Below are positions 1 to 9,277 of a DNA stretch of 64,000 nucleotides, piece by piece. This DNA is from Methanobacteriota archaeon (GTDB taxonomy: Archaea > Thermoplasmatota > E2 > DHVEG-1), in NCBI GenBank assembly GCA_043806635.1, contig JAZDGT010000044.1, positions 36-64,035 on the forward strand, written 5' to 3'. The notes below the pieces were generated by a model. That model was not told the DNA's origin. It searched no databases and saw only the letters and a program-made list of their open reading frames with translations. The first letter of the stretch is position 1; each line of letters opens with the position of its first letter. The position numbers and the translations under genes are program-made.

Positions 1-269
1 TGTCTTTATCATACCCCCCAAATTTTGTTACAATATTATCTATAGCTTCAAATATAAATACTTTATGCAAAAAATACGAGTTTTGAACCAAAATACATCT
101 ATACAAACACTAAAAGCTCCATTTAACAGGTTTAATGTTTTAAGATAAAAAAATGCATTAAAGTACAAAAATGTACATAAAATAAAATCAGAAAAAAAAC
201 AGGACCATCTAAACACACCAAGGATAAATTTTTATAGAATCAGAAAATGATACCAAAGGAAACGATATT

Positions 270-971
270 ATGACGCCACCACCGCAATACCGACCAGAAC
301 ATACATGGGATGCTATCGCCGAAAGTTTCGATAAAACAAGAAAAAAACCATGGAAACAATGCCTAGATTTCATCGAAACACTCCCAAAAAATGCACTAGT
401 CGCAGATATCGGATGCGGCAATGGCAGGCACCTCCTCCCCTGTGCGCAGTACTGTAGACAAATCATCGGAATAGACATCTCAAGAAAATTCCTCCAAATA
501 ACACGTAAAAAAACAAGAGAAAAAAAATTATCCAATGTTGAATACCTCCAAGGAAATCTCACCGCACTCCCTCTCAAAAATGATAGTCTTGATGCGGTAC
601 TTTATATTGCTGCGATACACACAATTCAAGGAAGAGAACAACGAATAGGTTCATTGAAAGAAGTACACAGAATATTAAAACCTCAAGGGATAGTATTCAT
701 CAGCGTCTGGTCACGTTGGCAAGAGGCATATAAAAAATATTTTATTAAACAATGGTTTCTACGAAAAAAGAATGACGAATTCGGAGATATTATAATTCAT
801 TGGAAACAACAACGATTGAATATACCCAGATTCTATCATTTATATAGTAAACGGGAATTTGTCAAAGATGTCCACCGAGCAGGATTCCATATTGAGCGCA
901 TACAATGCGTTAACCTATGTTCACGGAATTCACCGGACAATTTCTTTATCACCGCACGGAAAAACGCTTAG
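270..971 (+). CDS. Class I SAM-dependent methyltransferase (Methyltransf_11 / Trm9-like)
   Basis: 233-aa ORF. SAM-binding motif I VADIGCGNGRH, followed by GIDIS and LDAVLYIAAIHT, typical of Rossmann-fold methyltransferases. Confidence 0.75.
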   Translation: MTPPPQYRPEHTWDAIAESFDKTRKKPWKQCLDFIETLPKNALVADIGCGNGRHLLPCAQYCRQIIGIDISRKFLQITRKKTREKKLSNVEYLQGNLTALPLKNDSLDAVLYIAAIHTIQGREQRIGSLKEVHRILKPQGIVFISVWSRWQEAYKKYFIKQWFLRKKNDEFGDIIIHWKQQRLNIPRFYHLYSKREFVKDVHRAGFHIERIQCVNLCSRNSPDNFFITARKNA

Positions 972-1027
972 AAAAATATTTGACGAATTTCTTACCGGCT
1001 AAATGGTCAAATACAAGGAAAAAAGAG

Positions 1028-1049
1028 TTGTTCGGGAGATTCCGAACAA
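1028..1049. promoter_or_regulatory. Inverted repeat TTGTTCGG-N6-CCGAACAA just upstream of a TATA-like box (TTTAAATA, 1062-1069) of the ArsR-type gene; candidate operator
   Basis: Perfect 8-bp arms verified base by base (1028-1035 / 1042-1049). Lies ~52 nt before the ATG at 1101. Confidence 0.3.
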
Positions 1050-1100
1050 AAACAAACAGTATTTAAATAAAACAAGAGATAAGTCTATATACCGAGAAGT

Positions 1101-1871
1101 ATGACAAAAATTACCCTTGATCGAGAAACCTTCAGAGCGCTTGCTTCAGATACCCGGTTAGAGATCCTCAAAGTTCTAGATGGAAAAAAACTGAGTTTAA
1201 ATGATATTATGCGTTCAACGTCGTTGAATAAAGCCACACTGCATGAGCATTTATCGAAGTTGAATGAGGCAGGATTGGTGAAACGACAGGAGCGCGAAGG
1301 GCATAAATGGGTGTATTATCGTCTCACATGGAAAGGGGAGAGTCTGCTTCATCCAGAGAATACTCGTATTGTTGTGTTGTTTACTACAACGTTTGTTGTG
1401 TTATGGGTAGGAATACTGCAGTTGATTGCGTATGTGAAAGGGACGTTTACGAATATTCGATACGATATTTTCAGCGTAGGGCAGGATACATTGCTGATGA
1501 ATGAGGCAGATACACAATATCTTACAAACTATTCTTATGCGCCTTCAGCAGGTTCAGGTGTTCCGCTGGTTCTACCTGAAAATCTTCAAAAAATCCTGAG
1601 TTTTATTAATGATGGAAAAAGTGCAATGGCTGAGAGAGCGTCTTCGATCCCTCTTAGTAAGAATCTGTCTGCTATTCAAACTGACGATACTGTTTTTGAT
1701 TCTACCATACCAGGTATGAGGTACGTGGTGGATAAATCAGAAGGAGTACTTCATGCGGTGTATCAAGATCCGGTATTGCTGTATATTGCGATTGCGTGTT
1801 TTCTCATTTTTACGGTTGTGCTCTGTGTCTCTCTCTGGAGATTGTGGGAGAATAGGGCGGCTAAACTCTGA
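1101..1871 (+). CDS. ArsR-family winged-helix transcriptional regulator with two predicted transmembrane helices
   Basis: N-terminus FRALASDTRLEILKVLDGKKLSLNDIMRSTSLNKATLHEHLSKLNEAGLV is a typical ArsR/SmtB HTH. Hydrophobic helices IVVLFTTTFVVLWVGILQLIAYV and LLYIAIACFLIFTVVLCVSLW. Confidence 0.7.
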   Translation: MTKITLDRETFRALASDTRLEILKVLDGKKLSLNDIMRSTSLNKATLHEHLSKLNEAGLVKRQEREGHKWVYYRLTWKGESLLHPENTRIVVLFTTTFVVLWVGILQLIAYVKGTFTNIRYDIFSVGQDTLLMNEADTQYLTNYSYAPSAGSGVPLVLPENLQKILSFINDGKSAMAERASSIPLSKNLSAIQTDDTVFDSTIPGMRYVVDKSEGVLHAVYQDPVLLYIAIACFLIFTVVLCVSLWRLWENRAAKL

Positions 1872-2275
1872 GTGTGGTTTCTGTATCTTTTAACGAGTAA
1901 AAAAAGATATATGTTTTTATATTAGATACCGAGTAGTGTTATTGTTTTTGCTTCTTAGTGTCGAGGTCGATATCGAAGAAATCAAATAAGGTTTTTTGCA
2001 TCTGCCATCACCCAATAGGCAATAATAATGAGGTAGATTATATGCTTTTCGATTTCAATGGAAGTATAGGAATATTTTTTTTCATGTGATTGGTATTGTG
2101 GCTATTTTGACATTTCGTCATTTTTTTAAGAAAACTATATAAACCAGTAATGACAAATAGTATCATGATAGTAAATATCAATATTGGGTCTTACCTCAAA
2201 AGGTGAACAACACGTACCAAAACAACGCCCTAAAAACCCTTTCTGATCAACCGTTGGTGGGAGGACGATAAACGC

Positions 2276-2383
2276 ATGCCTGCCATAGCCATCATACTCA
2301 TCGGCTTTGTCGCAGGACTCTTCGCAATGATCGTCATAAATATCTATAAACAAGTCTTCAAAACCATGAAAAAAGATTTATAA
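2276..2383 (+). CDS. Possible 35-aa single-TM micro-protein (MPAIAIILIGFVAGLFAMIVINIYKQVFKTMKKDL)
   Basis: ATG at 2276 preceded by GGGAGG 8-13 nt upstream. One hydrophobic helix plus a basic tail. Below the ORF-track size cut-off and antisense to the listed 72-aa ORF 2135..2353. Confidence 0.25.
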   Translation: MPAIAIILIGFVAGLFAMIVINIYKQVFKTMKKDL

Positions 2384-2427
2384 AGACAAGGCTAAAAAAA
2401 AACTAACCCCCCAACCCTCCCTATTTT

Positions 2428-2445
2428 AAAAAAAACAAAAAAAAA
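2428..2445 (-). terminator. Oligo-T tracts (T8 and T9 on the minus strand) downstream of the rpl18e-rpl13-rps9-rpoN operon
   Basis: Plus-strand A8 (2428-2435) and A9 (2437-2445), 45-60 nt after the rpoN stop. Archaeal termination typically uses T-runs. Confidence 0.35.
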
Positions 2446-2488
2446 GAATAACGATTTATTTTTTTTTCCTATCTGAAAGAATACAAGG

Positions 2489-2722
2489 TTATTCGTACGG
2501 TGCGGCATCCTTCAACAAATCAACATGAGACAGAATCATCCGACGGCAACAATACCGATCCAAACCCAAGTTATCTAATATCTGCTGCGGTGTCTCCGGA
2601 GGTTTCTGACCAGCATCCACCGCCTTACGATAGACATCATATCGTTTCTTATAGTCTTCATATAATTGACCGATCACTTTCCCACAGGTAAAACATCTAA
2701 CGGGTATAATCACACACATCAC
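2489..2722 (-). CDS. rpoN: DNA-directed RNA polymerase subunit N (Rpo10/RpoN)
   Basis: 77 aa. [14 protein letters not shown] ... [18 protein letters not shown] zinc-binding motif of RpoN/Rpb10. Conserved position after rps9. Confidence 0.9.
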   Translation of the reverse strand: MMCVIIPVRCFTCGKVIGQLYEDYKKRYDVYRKAVDAGQKPPETPQQILDNLGLDRYCCRRMILSHVDLLKDAAPYE

Positions 2723-3123
2723 CTATATGATTTCTGTCTTTTCTTTCTCGCCCCTCGACCCAGAGGTTTTTTCGACTCTTTAATACGAGAATCATTGACT
2801 AATAAACCTCGATCATAACTTAAAAAAGACGCTTTCAATCCCGCGTCTCCAGTAAACTCAACTAAACCTCGTGCAATCGCGGTACGCACTGCATTTGCTT
2901 GACTCATGTACCCGCCACCTTGAACACATACATCGATATCAACCTTATCAGCATATGCATCTGCGATCTGTAATGGTTCAACGATACGCCAACGCGCAAT
3001 CTCAGGTTCATACAACTCCACTGGTTTTTTATTTATCCTGATACGACCGATACCCTTCTGAACGGTTGCTTTCGCAATCGCCGTCTTTCGCTTCCCCGAG
3101 GTGTTCACAAGTTTTTTTGCCAT
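2719..3123 (-). CDS. rps9: 30S ribosomal protein S9 (uS9)
   Basis: 134 aa. [20 protein letters not shown] and C-terminal RKKRQKSYR typical of uS9. 4-nt overlap with rpoN. Confidence 0.95.
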   Translation of the reverse strand: MAKKLVNTSGKRKTAIAKATVQKGIGRIRINKKPVELYEPEIARWRIVEPLQIADAYADKVDIDVCVQGGGYMSQANAVRTAIARGLVEFTGDAGLKASFLSYDRGLLVNDSRIKESKKPLGRGARKKRQKSYR

Positions 3124-3124
3124 A

Positions 3125-3538
3125 TTAGAATCGTGCTCCTAAATATCTTGTCAATTCTTCAACGGTAATATATTCAACAGGTTGTTTCTGTGCGACCTTG
3201 ACCGTCTCTAAAGTCTGTCCTTCGAACTCTTTCGGAACGCCAATATAACATTTCAATCGTTTAAATGCTGTTCTTCCATGAGAGGATTGATACGGTATCA
3301 TCCCTCGAATCGTCCGTTTCAGCATAGCATCAGGCATCCGTGGGAAAAACGGACCTTTCCGATACGTTCCCATATTTCTTTTTTCAAGATACTGCGATTT
3401 TATAAGGGATTTTTTTCCCGTGATAATCGCTTTTTCTGAGTTCACCACTGCGATCTCTTCACCGTTCAATAACCGTTTCGCTACCTGCGTTCCCAGTCGA
3501 CCAAGCACGGCACCATCTGCATTAATCACTACAACCAT
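3125..3538 (-). CDS. rpl13: 50S ribosomal protein L13 (uL13)
   Basis: 137 aa. [24 protein letters not shown] ... [17 protein letters not shown] typical of archaeal L13. Confidence 0.95.
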   Translation of the reverse strand: MVVVINADGAVLGRLGTQVAKRLLNGEEIAVVNSEKAIITGKKSLIKSQYLEKRNMGTYRKGPFFPRMPDAMLKRTIRGMIPYQSSHGRTAFKRLKCYIGVPKEFEGQTLETVKVAQKQPVEYITVEELTRYLGARF

Positions 3539-3540
3539 AG

Positions 3541-3906
3541 TTATCCCACTATCCGTATATTTTTCCCTGTCGGGTTCTTCTTCATTAATTCTTCTAAAGT
3601 CAGGTGTTTTCCACCAGCTTTTTTTATCTTCTCTACTGATTTCTCAGAAAACGACCACGCTGCTATCGTTACTTTTTTCGTAAGCGTACCCGCAGAAAGG
3701 ACTTTCCCGGGTATAAGCGCAGTCTCTTTTTCGCTAACATAGCGTTCTATTTTTGTGAGATTCACCACCGGCCAATTCCGTAATGGTTTTTCTAACCGTA
3801 CTGCGATATCTTTCCACAGAGGAACTTTCTGTTCATATGATGCTTTTTTTAACTCCTCTATGAGTGAGAGTAACATCGGATTTGTTTTTTTTATTCTCCT
3901 AGCCAT
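3541..3906 (-). CDS. rpl18e: 50S ribosomal protein L18e (eL18)
   Basis: 121 aa. Position at the head of the archaeal L18e-L13-S9-RpoN cluster. KTNPMLLSLIEELKK ... NLTKIERY pattern. Confidence 0.9.
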   Translation of the reverse strand: MARRIKKTNPMLLSLIEELKKASYEQKVPLWKDIAVRLEKPLRNWPVVNLTKIERYVSEKETALIPGKVLSAGTLTKKVTIAAWSFSEKSVEKIKKAGGKHLTLEELMKKNPTGKNIRIVG

Positions 3907-4025
3907 AAGGGGTATTCTCCAGGATATGCGAAGAGTAGTGAAAGAGCGCAGTATTTATAAGATTTGTGGGAGAACAACAGTCGTTTTCGCCAGCAAATTT
4001 CAGATTACTTGTATAGTACGCTTAT

Positions 4026-5216
4026 TTATAAGGGGTGAACTAGAGGTTTATTTGGATAAAGGAGAAGGGAAAACGTGAGAAGAAGCGAGAGAACTCCGAG
4101 TATTATAAATGGGACTGAAATACCATACAGATCAGAGATAACACCACTGAGAAAAAGACCGAGAGCACCTCCACCTGTTTGAAGGGTAAACGTGATACCG
4201 AATGTTCTTCCTTCAACGGATTCATGCGTGATTTCTGACACATAGGAAAATAATGCAGGATATGTTAAAAACACGGAGATACCTAAGCAAACCATGATCA
4301 TAATAAGGATGAGGATATGGGTGAATTGAGTGAGAAGTATCCCCATTATTCCTAAGATGAAATAAGAATATATAACAACGGTTCTTCTTCCAAGAATGGT
4401 GTTTATTCTCCCATAAAAGATCGATGCGGTTCCGCCGATACCAATCCAGATTGCGACAATGAAACCAATCATCGGTAAGGGAATCGTCGTCCGTTCCTGT
4501 AGAAGAAGGGGGTAATAACTTATGATAACTCCCCATGCTGACCCACTGATCATGAATGCAGGGATTATCCGTTTTATTCGTTTCAAAAAATGAATACTTT
4601 CTGAGTACGCATCCCGGAAAGTCTGCCTCTGTTTTTTTTGAGGGATGGAGAGCAGATGCGGATCAAGTCGTCTTGTTAATGATAAACCGAAAAATAATCC
4701 GAATACTCCTATGATTGCCCAGAGATACAGAGTAAAATCAATACTTAATGTCTGAGAGAGTGACAGAGTGGTTGCGACCGCGATGAAGGAACATATATCT
4801 GCTGCTCCGCTTTGGATACCCATCGCCCAATCTAAACGGTTTTTTTTAAAAATCCGTGAGATCCAGCCGATACCGATTGGATGAAAAAAACTCGTAGAAA
4901 AACGCAGGAAAAAAATAAAGATCATAAGCGTATAAAAATCGATGCTTTGTGCGAGAAAAAGAAGGGAAATACTCGTCAGAAAAACTCCTAGGGAGAGGAG
5001 GGATCGAGTGTTTTTCCCATCAGCGGCTCTCCCGATAAGGAGTTGAGCGATGAGGGTGATAAATAATCCTCCACCAGTAATAATTCCAACTTGAGTATAT
5101 GTCAAAGAGTATACTGTTTTAAAAATCGGGAAAAGAATGGACATAACCGCAAGAGGGCCATCAGTTATCGCATGATAGAAACTGACGGTTGATAAGACAC
5201 GAAATTTTTCATCCAT
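4026..5216 (-). CDS. MFS-type transporter
   Basis: 396 aa, about 12 hydrophobic helices. Loop motif GRAADGKNTRS between TM2 and TM3 resembles the MFS signature. Confidence 0.7.
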   Translation of the reverse strand: MDEKFRVLSTVSFYHAITDGPLAVMSILFPIFKTVYSLTYTQVGIITGGGLFITLIAQLLIGRAADGKNTRSLLSLGVFLTSISLLFLAQSIDFYTLMIFIFFLRFSTSFFHPIGIGWISRIFKKNRLDWAMGIQSGAADICSFIAVATTLSLSQTLSIDFTLYLWAIIGVFGLFFGLSLTRRLDPHLLSIPQKKQRQTFRDAYSESIHFLKRIKRIIPAFMISGSAWGVIISYYPLLLQERTTIPLPMIGFIVAIWIGIGGTASIFYGRINTILGRRTVVIYSYFILGIMGILLTQFTHILILIMIMVCLGISVFLTYPALFSYVSEITHESVEGRTFGITFTLQTGGGALGLFLSGVISDLYGISVPFIILGVLSLLLTFSLLLYPNKPLVHPL

Positions 5217-5293
5217 AGAACCAAGAATGGGAAATACAAAATCAGTTATATTAACTCATAGAGTGAACGGTTAAATACCGCGAGAAGGATTGG

Positions 5294-5713
5294 GTGTTTC
5301 ATATGGTTGAGAGAATCCCAAGAGTCACCGTTGATGGTTTCATTTATGAGTCAAATCGTGTGTTGTTAATTAGAAGAAAAAACCCCCCATTCCAAGGGAG
5401 GTGGGCACTTCCTGGTGGTTTTATAGAATATGGGGAGACCACAGAAGAAGCAGTTGTTCGAGAAGTCTTGGAAGAAACCGGTTTGAAAACACGAGTGAAG
5501 AAGGTACTAGGGGTGTATTCTGACCCAAAGCGAGACCCACGAGGACATACAATAACCGTTGTCTATCTTTTAGAACAAATCAACGGTACTCTTACATCTG
5601 GTGATGACGCAGGTGATGTAAAGTTTTTTAACATCGATGATTTACCGGAGTTATCATTTGATCACGCAACAATCATCAATGATGCCCTACAAAAACAATC
5701 CTTGGAGATGTGA
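5294..5713 (+). CDS. NUDIX hydrolase
   Basis: Nudix box GGFIEYGETTEEAVVREVLEETGL (GX5EX7REUXEEXGU). Confidence 0.85.
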   Translation: MFHMVERIPRVTVDGFIYESNRVLLIRRKNPPFQGRWALPGGFIEYGETTEEAVVREVLEETGLKTRVKKVLGVYSDPKRDPRGHTITVVYLLEQINGTLTSGDDAGDVKFFNIDDLPELSFDHATIINDALQKQSLEM

Positions 5714-5720
5714 AAAAAAT

Positions 5721-6017
5721 ATGTTCTGTCCGAAATGTAAATCATTACTGTTTCCGAAAGATGATGACTTCGTCTGTCAACGATGTGGATATACACAGAA
5801 GAAAAAAGGAAAAAACATTGTTGTTTCAAAACAGAAAGAAAAAGAAATGGTAGTTTTAGAAGGGAAAATCGATATTTTACCGAAAACACGCGCTGCATGT
5901 CCGAAATGTAATAATCGAGAAGCATACTGGGTGTTACGTCAAACGCGAAGTAGTGATGAACCGGAGACACGTATTTATACCTGTACGAAATGCAATCATA
6001 CATGGAGAGCATATTAA
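5721..6017 (+). CDS. tfs: Transcription factor S (TFS / RpoM-like)
   Basis: Start moved to the ATG at 5721 (MFCPKCKSLL...). N-terminal Zn ribbon CPKC..CQRC and C-terminal Zn ribbon CPKC..CTKC with acidic loop RSSDEPET, characteristic of TFS/TFIIS domain III. Confidence 0.85.
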   Translation: MFCPKCKSLLFPKDDDFVCQRCGYTQKKKGKNIVVSKQKEKEMVVLEGKIDILPKTRAACPKCNNREAYWVLRQTRSSDEPETRIYTCTKCNHTWRAY

Positions 6018-6037
6018 GGAGAATACACCCTTTTTTC

Positions 6038-7630
6038 CTAAATACTTTGGAACGCTTCTTTCACAGTCTGTTGTTCTTTTTTATCCTGTTTTTTCAGAAC
6101 GCTGAAGAGATATGTGAGGAAAAACGATAACGGAAGCCCTATGAAAATAGGATCTAACATGTTGATAGTGTATTCACTAACCAGTGAGGATCCAAGAATT
6201 GTTGGCGCGGTTTTAAAATAGATCAGGATGTACCAGAGCATAGTGAAAATAAACCCTCCGAGCATCCCCGCCCATGCACCGGCTCTACTTGTTTTGCGCC
6301 AATACAGCATAAACGTGTAGGGTGCAAGGAACGTACACGCCATCAACCCAAAGAAAAACGAGGTGATAAACGCGACTCGATCAGGGGGGGAAAGAGAGAT
6401 GACTAATGTCGCACCAACAACAATAATGGTAGCAAAACGTGTCACTTTTATTGATTTTTCACCGGACAACCCTTTTTTCATTCCCTTCTCATAGACATCT
6501 CTTCCAATGGAACAACCTGCGGTATGGAATAGTGCACTCGCCGTGGACATCGCCGCTGCAAGTATAGCAAAAAGGAATAAGACAACAAACCACTGGGGGA
6601 ATAACTGGTTAACTATCACGGGAACAACAGCATCTGGATTCGCCACAGCGACACCCGCAACAATCTTCGTCGGGTACATAATCCCATTATTCACCATCAA
6701 CACGTTACACAAGGGACCAATACTGAACGCAGCGAAGGTCATAATCAATATGAATATCCCCCCATAGGGTATTGCGAGACGTAATGCTTTCTCATTTTTT
6801 GCCGTAAGATATCTCGTTATCAGCTGAGGCTGAGCAAGAACACCAATACCCACACCAAAGATAAGGGTTAAAATCATCATGAACGGTTTTGATAAAAAGG
6901 GTGGCATAGAGGTTAATCCATTTGGAGCTTGTGTCGCAGCAGGGCTCCCAATACTTGTGAGGATCTCAGGGGTTAAACTTGCAGCAGCCTCATGAGCTGG
7001 AATAACTCCTCCAAGCATCGCATAAATACCAATCGTAAGAATAAGCATACCGACAAGCATCAGGACACCCTGAATCGCATGAGTCCACATCACCGCATAT
7101 AAACCACCCACCAAGAGATAAGCCCCAACGATTATGGTAAAAATAATGACACAGACTTCATAAGGAATCCCGAAGGTGACCTGAAACAATGAAGATATCG
7201 CAAGAAAAACAGCCGAGGTATACGCTACCATAAACACAGCGATAATTAACCCTGAAGTCATCTGTAGTTTTCTTGAATTAAACCTGTTTCCAAGAATCTC
7301 AGGTAACGTCATAGCATTCAATGAAAGACCCATTTTTCGTGTACGAAAACCATAGACAACAAACGCGATGAGAATACCAACAAATATGTTAAGAAAAGAC
7401 AGCCAGAGAATCGAATGCCCATAGACCGATGCGATACCAGAAAAACCGATCAACGCAACAGCACTAATAAATGTTGCACCATAAGAAAACGCGATAACAA
7501 GAGCCCCCATTTTTCTCCCGGCGACATAGTAGTCCTCAGCGGTTTTTGTTTTCTTATACCCAAAATATCCAAGAACAATAAACATGAGTGAAAACAACAC
7601 CATGAAAAAAGCAAAAAAGATGATATCCAT
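6038..7630 (-). CDS. Sodium:solute symporter (SSF) family transporter
   Basis: 530 aa, about 13 TM helices. N-terminal YYVAGRKMG motif typical of SSS permeases. Confidence 0.85.
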   Translation of the reverse strand: MDIIFFAFFMVLFSLMFIVLGYFGYKKTKTAEDYYVAGRKMGALVIAFSYGATFISAVALIGFSGIASVYGHSILWLSFLNIFVGILIAFVVYGFRTRKMGLSLNAMTLPEILGNRFNSRKLQMTSGLIIAVFMVAYTSAVFLAISSLFQVTFGIPYEVCVIIFTIIVGAYLLVGGLYAVMWTHAIQGVLMLVGMLILTIGIYAMLGGVIPAHEAAASLTPEILTSIGSPAATQAPNGLTSMPPFLSKPFMMILTLIFGVGIGVLAQPQLITRYLTAKNEKALRLAIPYGGIFILIMTFAAFSIGPLCNVLMVNNGIMYPTKIVAGVAVANPDAVVPVIVNQLFPQWFVVLFLFAILAAAMSTASALFHTAGCSIGRDVYEKGMKKGLSGEKSIKVTRFATIIVVGATLVISLSPPDRVAFITSFFFGLMACTFLAPYTFMLYWRKTSRAGAWAGMLGGFIFTMLWYILIYFKTAPTILGSSLVSEYTINMLDPIFIGLPLSFFLTYLFSVLKKQDKKEQQTVKEAFQSI

Positions 7631-7837
7631 TTACTCTCCCTCCTCCGTTTCCTGATCTTTTTTCGTTGGTCGCTTGGGTACGGGTTTTTCATCGGTTTTT
7701 TTTAGAAACTGATAATACACCCCATATACAATACAGAGTATCGCTGCTAAGATTGTCCCTATCCACGCAGTAAACACTACTGGATCCATACCAAATATAA
7801 AGCTCATGTTTTTTTCTCCCCCGAATGAATTATTCAA
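7631..7837 (-). CDS. Small single-TM protein abutting the symporter (probable symporter accessory subunit)
   Basis: 68 aa with one hydrophobic helix (VVFTAWIGTILAAILCIVYGVYY) and a charged tail. Its stop directly abuts the symporter start. Confidence 0.5.
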   Translation of the reverse strand: MNNSFGGEKNMSFIFGMDPVVFTAWIGTILAAILCIVYGVYYQFLKKTDEKPVPKRPTKKDQETEEGE

Positions 7838-7953
7838 TTCATTGTTTTATAATAAACCGCTGAAACATTTTCCCAGTATAATATATTTCTTATTTTTACA
7901 AAATCATTATATCATGATAATTTATTCATGGCGAACAGTGAAAGAGGTTTTTC

Positions 7954-9246
7954 ATGTCTGATACATTTTGGGATTCAACCATTGAAACATTACCATTGAA
8001 TAAATTAAAAGAATTACAACTTCAGCGGTTAAAAAAACTGGTTCATTACATCTATAAAACCAACAAATTCTATCATACTAACTTCAAAGAGAGAAAAATA
8101 AACCCCGAAGATCTCCATACATTGAAAGATATTGAAAAACTCCCGTTTTTAACAAAACAAGATTTGAGAAAATATTACCCTTTTGGGTTGGTGTGTACTC
8201 CTCTTGATGATGTCGTAGAGGTTCATGCATCCTCAGGGACAACAGGAAAACCAGTTGTTGGTCCATATACAAGGAACGATGTGGAATTATGGGGTGAAGT
8301 CATGGCTCGTTCCCTCTGGGCGAATGGGCTTCGGAAAAACGATATTCTACAGAATTCGTATGGCTATGGGTTGTTCACGGGTGCGCATGGGTTTGAAAAA
8401 GGTGCCCAGAAAATTGGGGCAATGGTTATCACGATCAGTTCTGGAAACACAGAGCGGCAGATAGATGTGATGAAGGATTTCGGGACGACTGCTCTTGCGT
8501 GTACTCCCTCCTATTCATTGCATATTGCTGAAGTCGCTGAGGAAAATGGGTTAGATCCACAAAAAGATTTTAAACTACGCCTTGGGCATTTTGGTGCAGA
8601 ATCCTGGAGTCAAGAAATGAGAACAACAATAGAGAAACGATGGGGAATCATTGCTCATGAACACTATGGTTTGACTGAATTGATCGGGCCTGGTGTTGTC
8701 TCAGAATGCGAACAGAAAAAACTGCACATAAACGCAGATCATTTCCTCCCGGAGATAATCGATCCTCAGACAGGAGAAACCCTCGGACCTGATGAAGAGG
8801 GGGAACTCGTGTTTACCACACTGACGAAAGAAGCGTTTCCTGCTCTTCGATTTCGGACTCGAGATCTGGCATCTTTTAGTGAAGAGCTGTGTGATTGTGG
8901 ACGTACCTTGCCGATTCAATCACGAATAAAAGGAAGAAGCGATGACATGATGAAAGTAAAAGGGGTCATCGTTTTTCCATCACAGATCGAAGCAGCCCTT
9001 ATGAACGTCAGCGGAGTGAGTGATAATTACCAAATAGTCAAAACGAAAAAAGAGGATAAAATTGTATTATCTGTTGAAGTAGAACCATCTGAGGAACGAT
9101 ACAAAGAAGGACACCTTGATGAACTCGAAAAACAAATTGAAGCTGCCATTTACCGTATTTTGAATTTAAACATCCCTGTAAATACTCTACCACCAAAAAC
9201 CTTACCTCGGAGTACAGGAAAAGCAAAGAGAGTCATTGAACGATAA
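7954..9246 (+). CDS. Phenylacetate-CoA ligase-like adenylate-forming enzyme (PaaK / F390 synthetase family)
   Basis: 430 aa. AMP-binding P-loop SSGTTGKPVV, and YGLTEL and ACTPSY motifs typical of PaaK-type ligases. Confidence 0.8.
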   Translation: MSDTFWDSTIETLPLNKLKELQLQRLKKLVHYIYKTNKFYHTNFKERKINPEDLHTLKDIEKLPFLTKQDLRKYYPFGLVCTPLDDVVEVHASSGTTGKPVVGPYTRNDVELWGEVMARSLWANGLRKNDILQNSYGYGLFTGAHGFEKGAQKIGAMVITISSGNTERQIDVMKDFGTTALACTPSYSLHIAEVAEENGLDPQKDFKLRLGHFGAESWSQEMRTTIEKRWGIIAHEHYGLTELIGPGVVSECEQKKLHINADHFLPEIIDPQTGETLGPDEEGELVFTTLTKEAFPALRFRTRDLASFSEELCDCGRTLPIQSRIKGRSDDMMKVKGVIVFPSQIEAALMNVSGVSDNYQIVKTKKEDKIVLSVEVEPSEERYKEGHLDELEKQIEAAIYRILNLNIPVNTLPPKTLPRSTGKAKRVIER

Positions 9247-9277
9247 CCTATTCACGAAAAAAAAGAGGAGACGAGTA

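Noticed and set aside
209-577. 122-aa minus-strand ORF
   Set aside because: It lies antisense to and mostly within the well-supported methyltransferase gene, with no recognisable motifs.
4222-4536. 104-aa ORF on the same strand inside the MFS transporter gene, and similar nested ORFs (6507..6767, 7450..7692, 11412..11741, 16789..17100, 20343..21061, 58240..58626 and others)
   Set aside because: These are alternative-frame or antisense ORFs nested inside strongly supported genes. Their translations are compositionally biased and lack motifs.
5637-5720. 28-codon N-terminal extension of the TFS ORF
   Set aside because: It overlaps the 3' end of the NUDIX gene. TFS homology (Zn ribbon) starts at the ATG at 5721.
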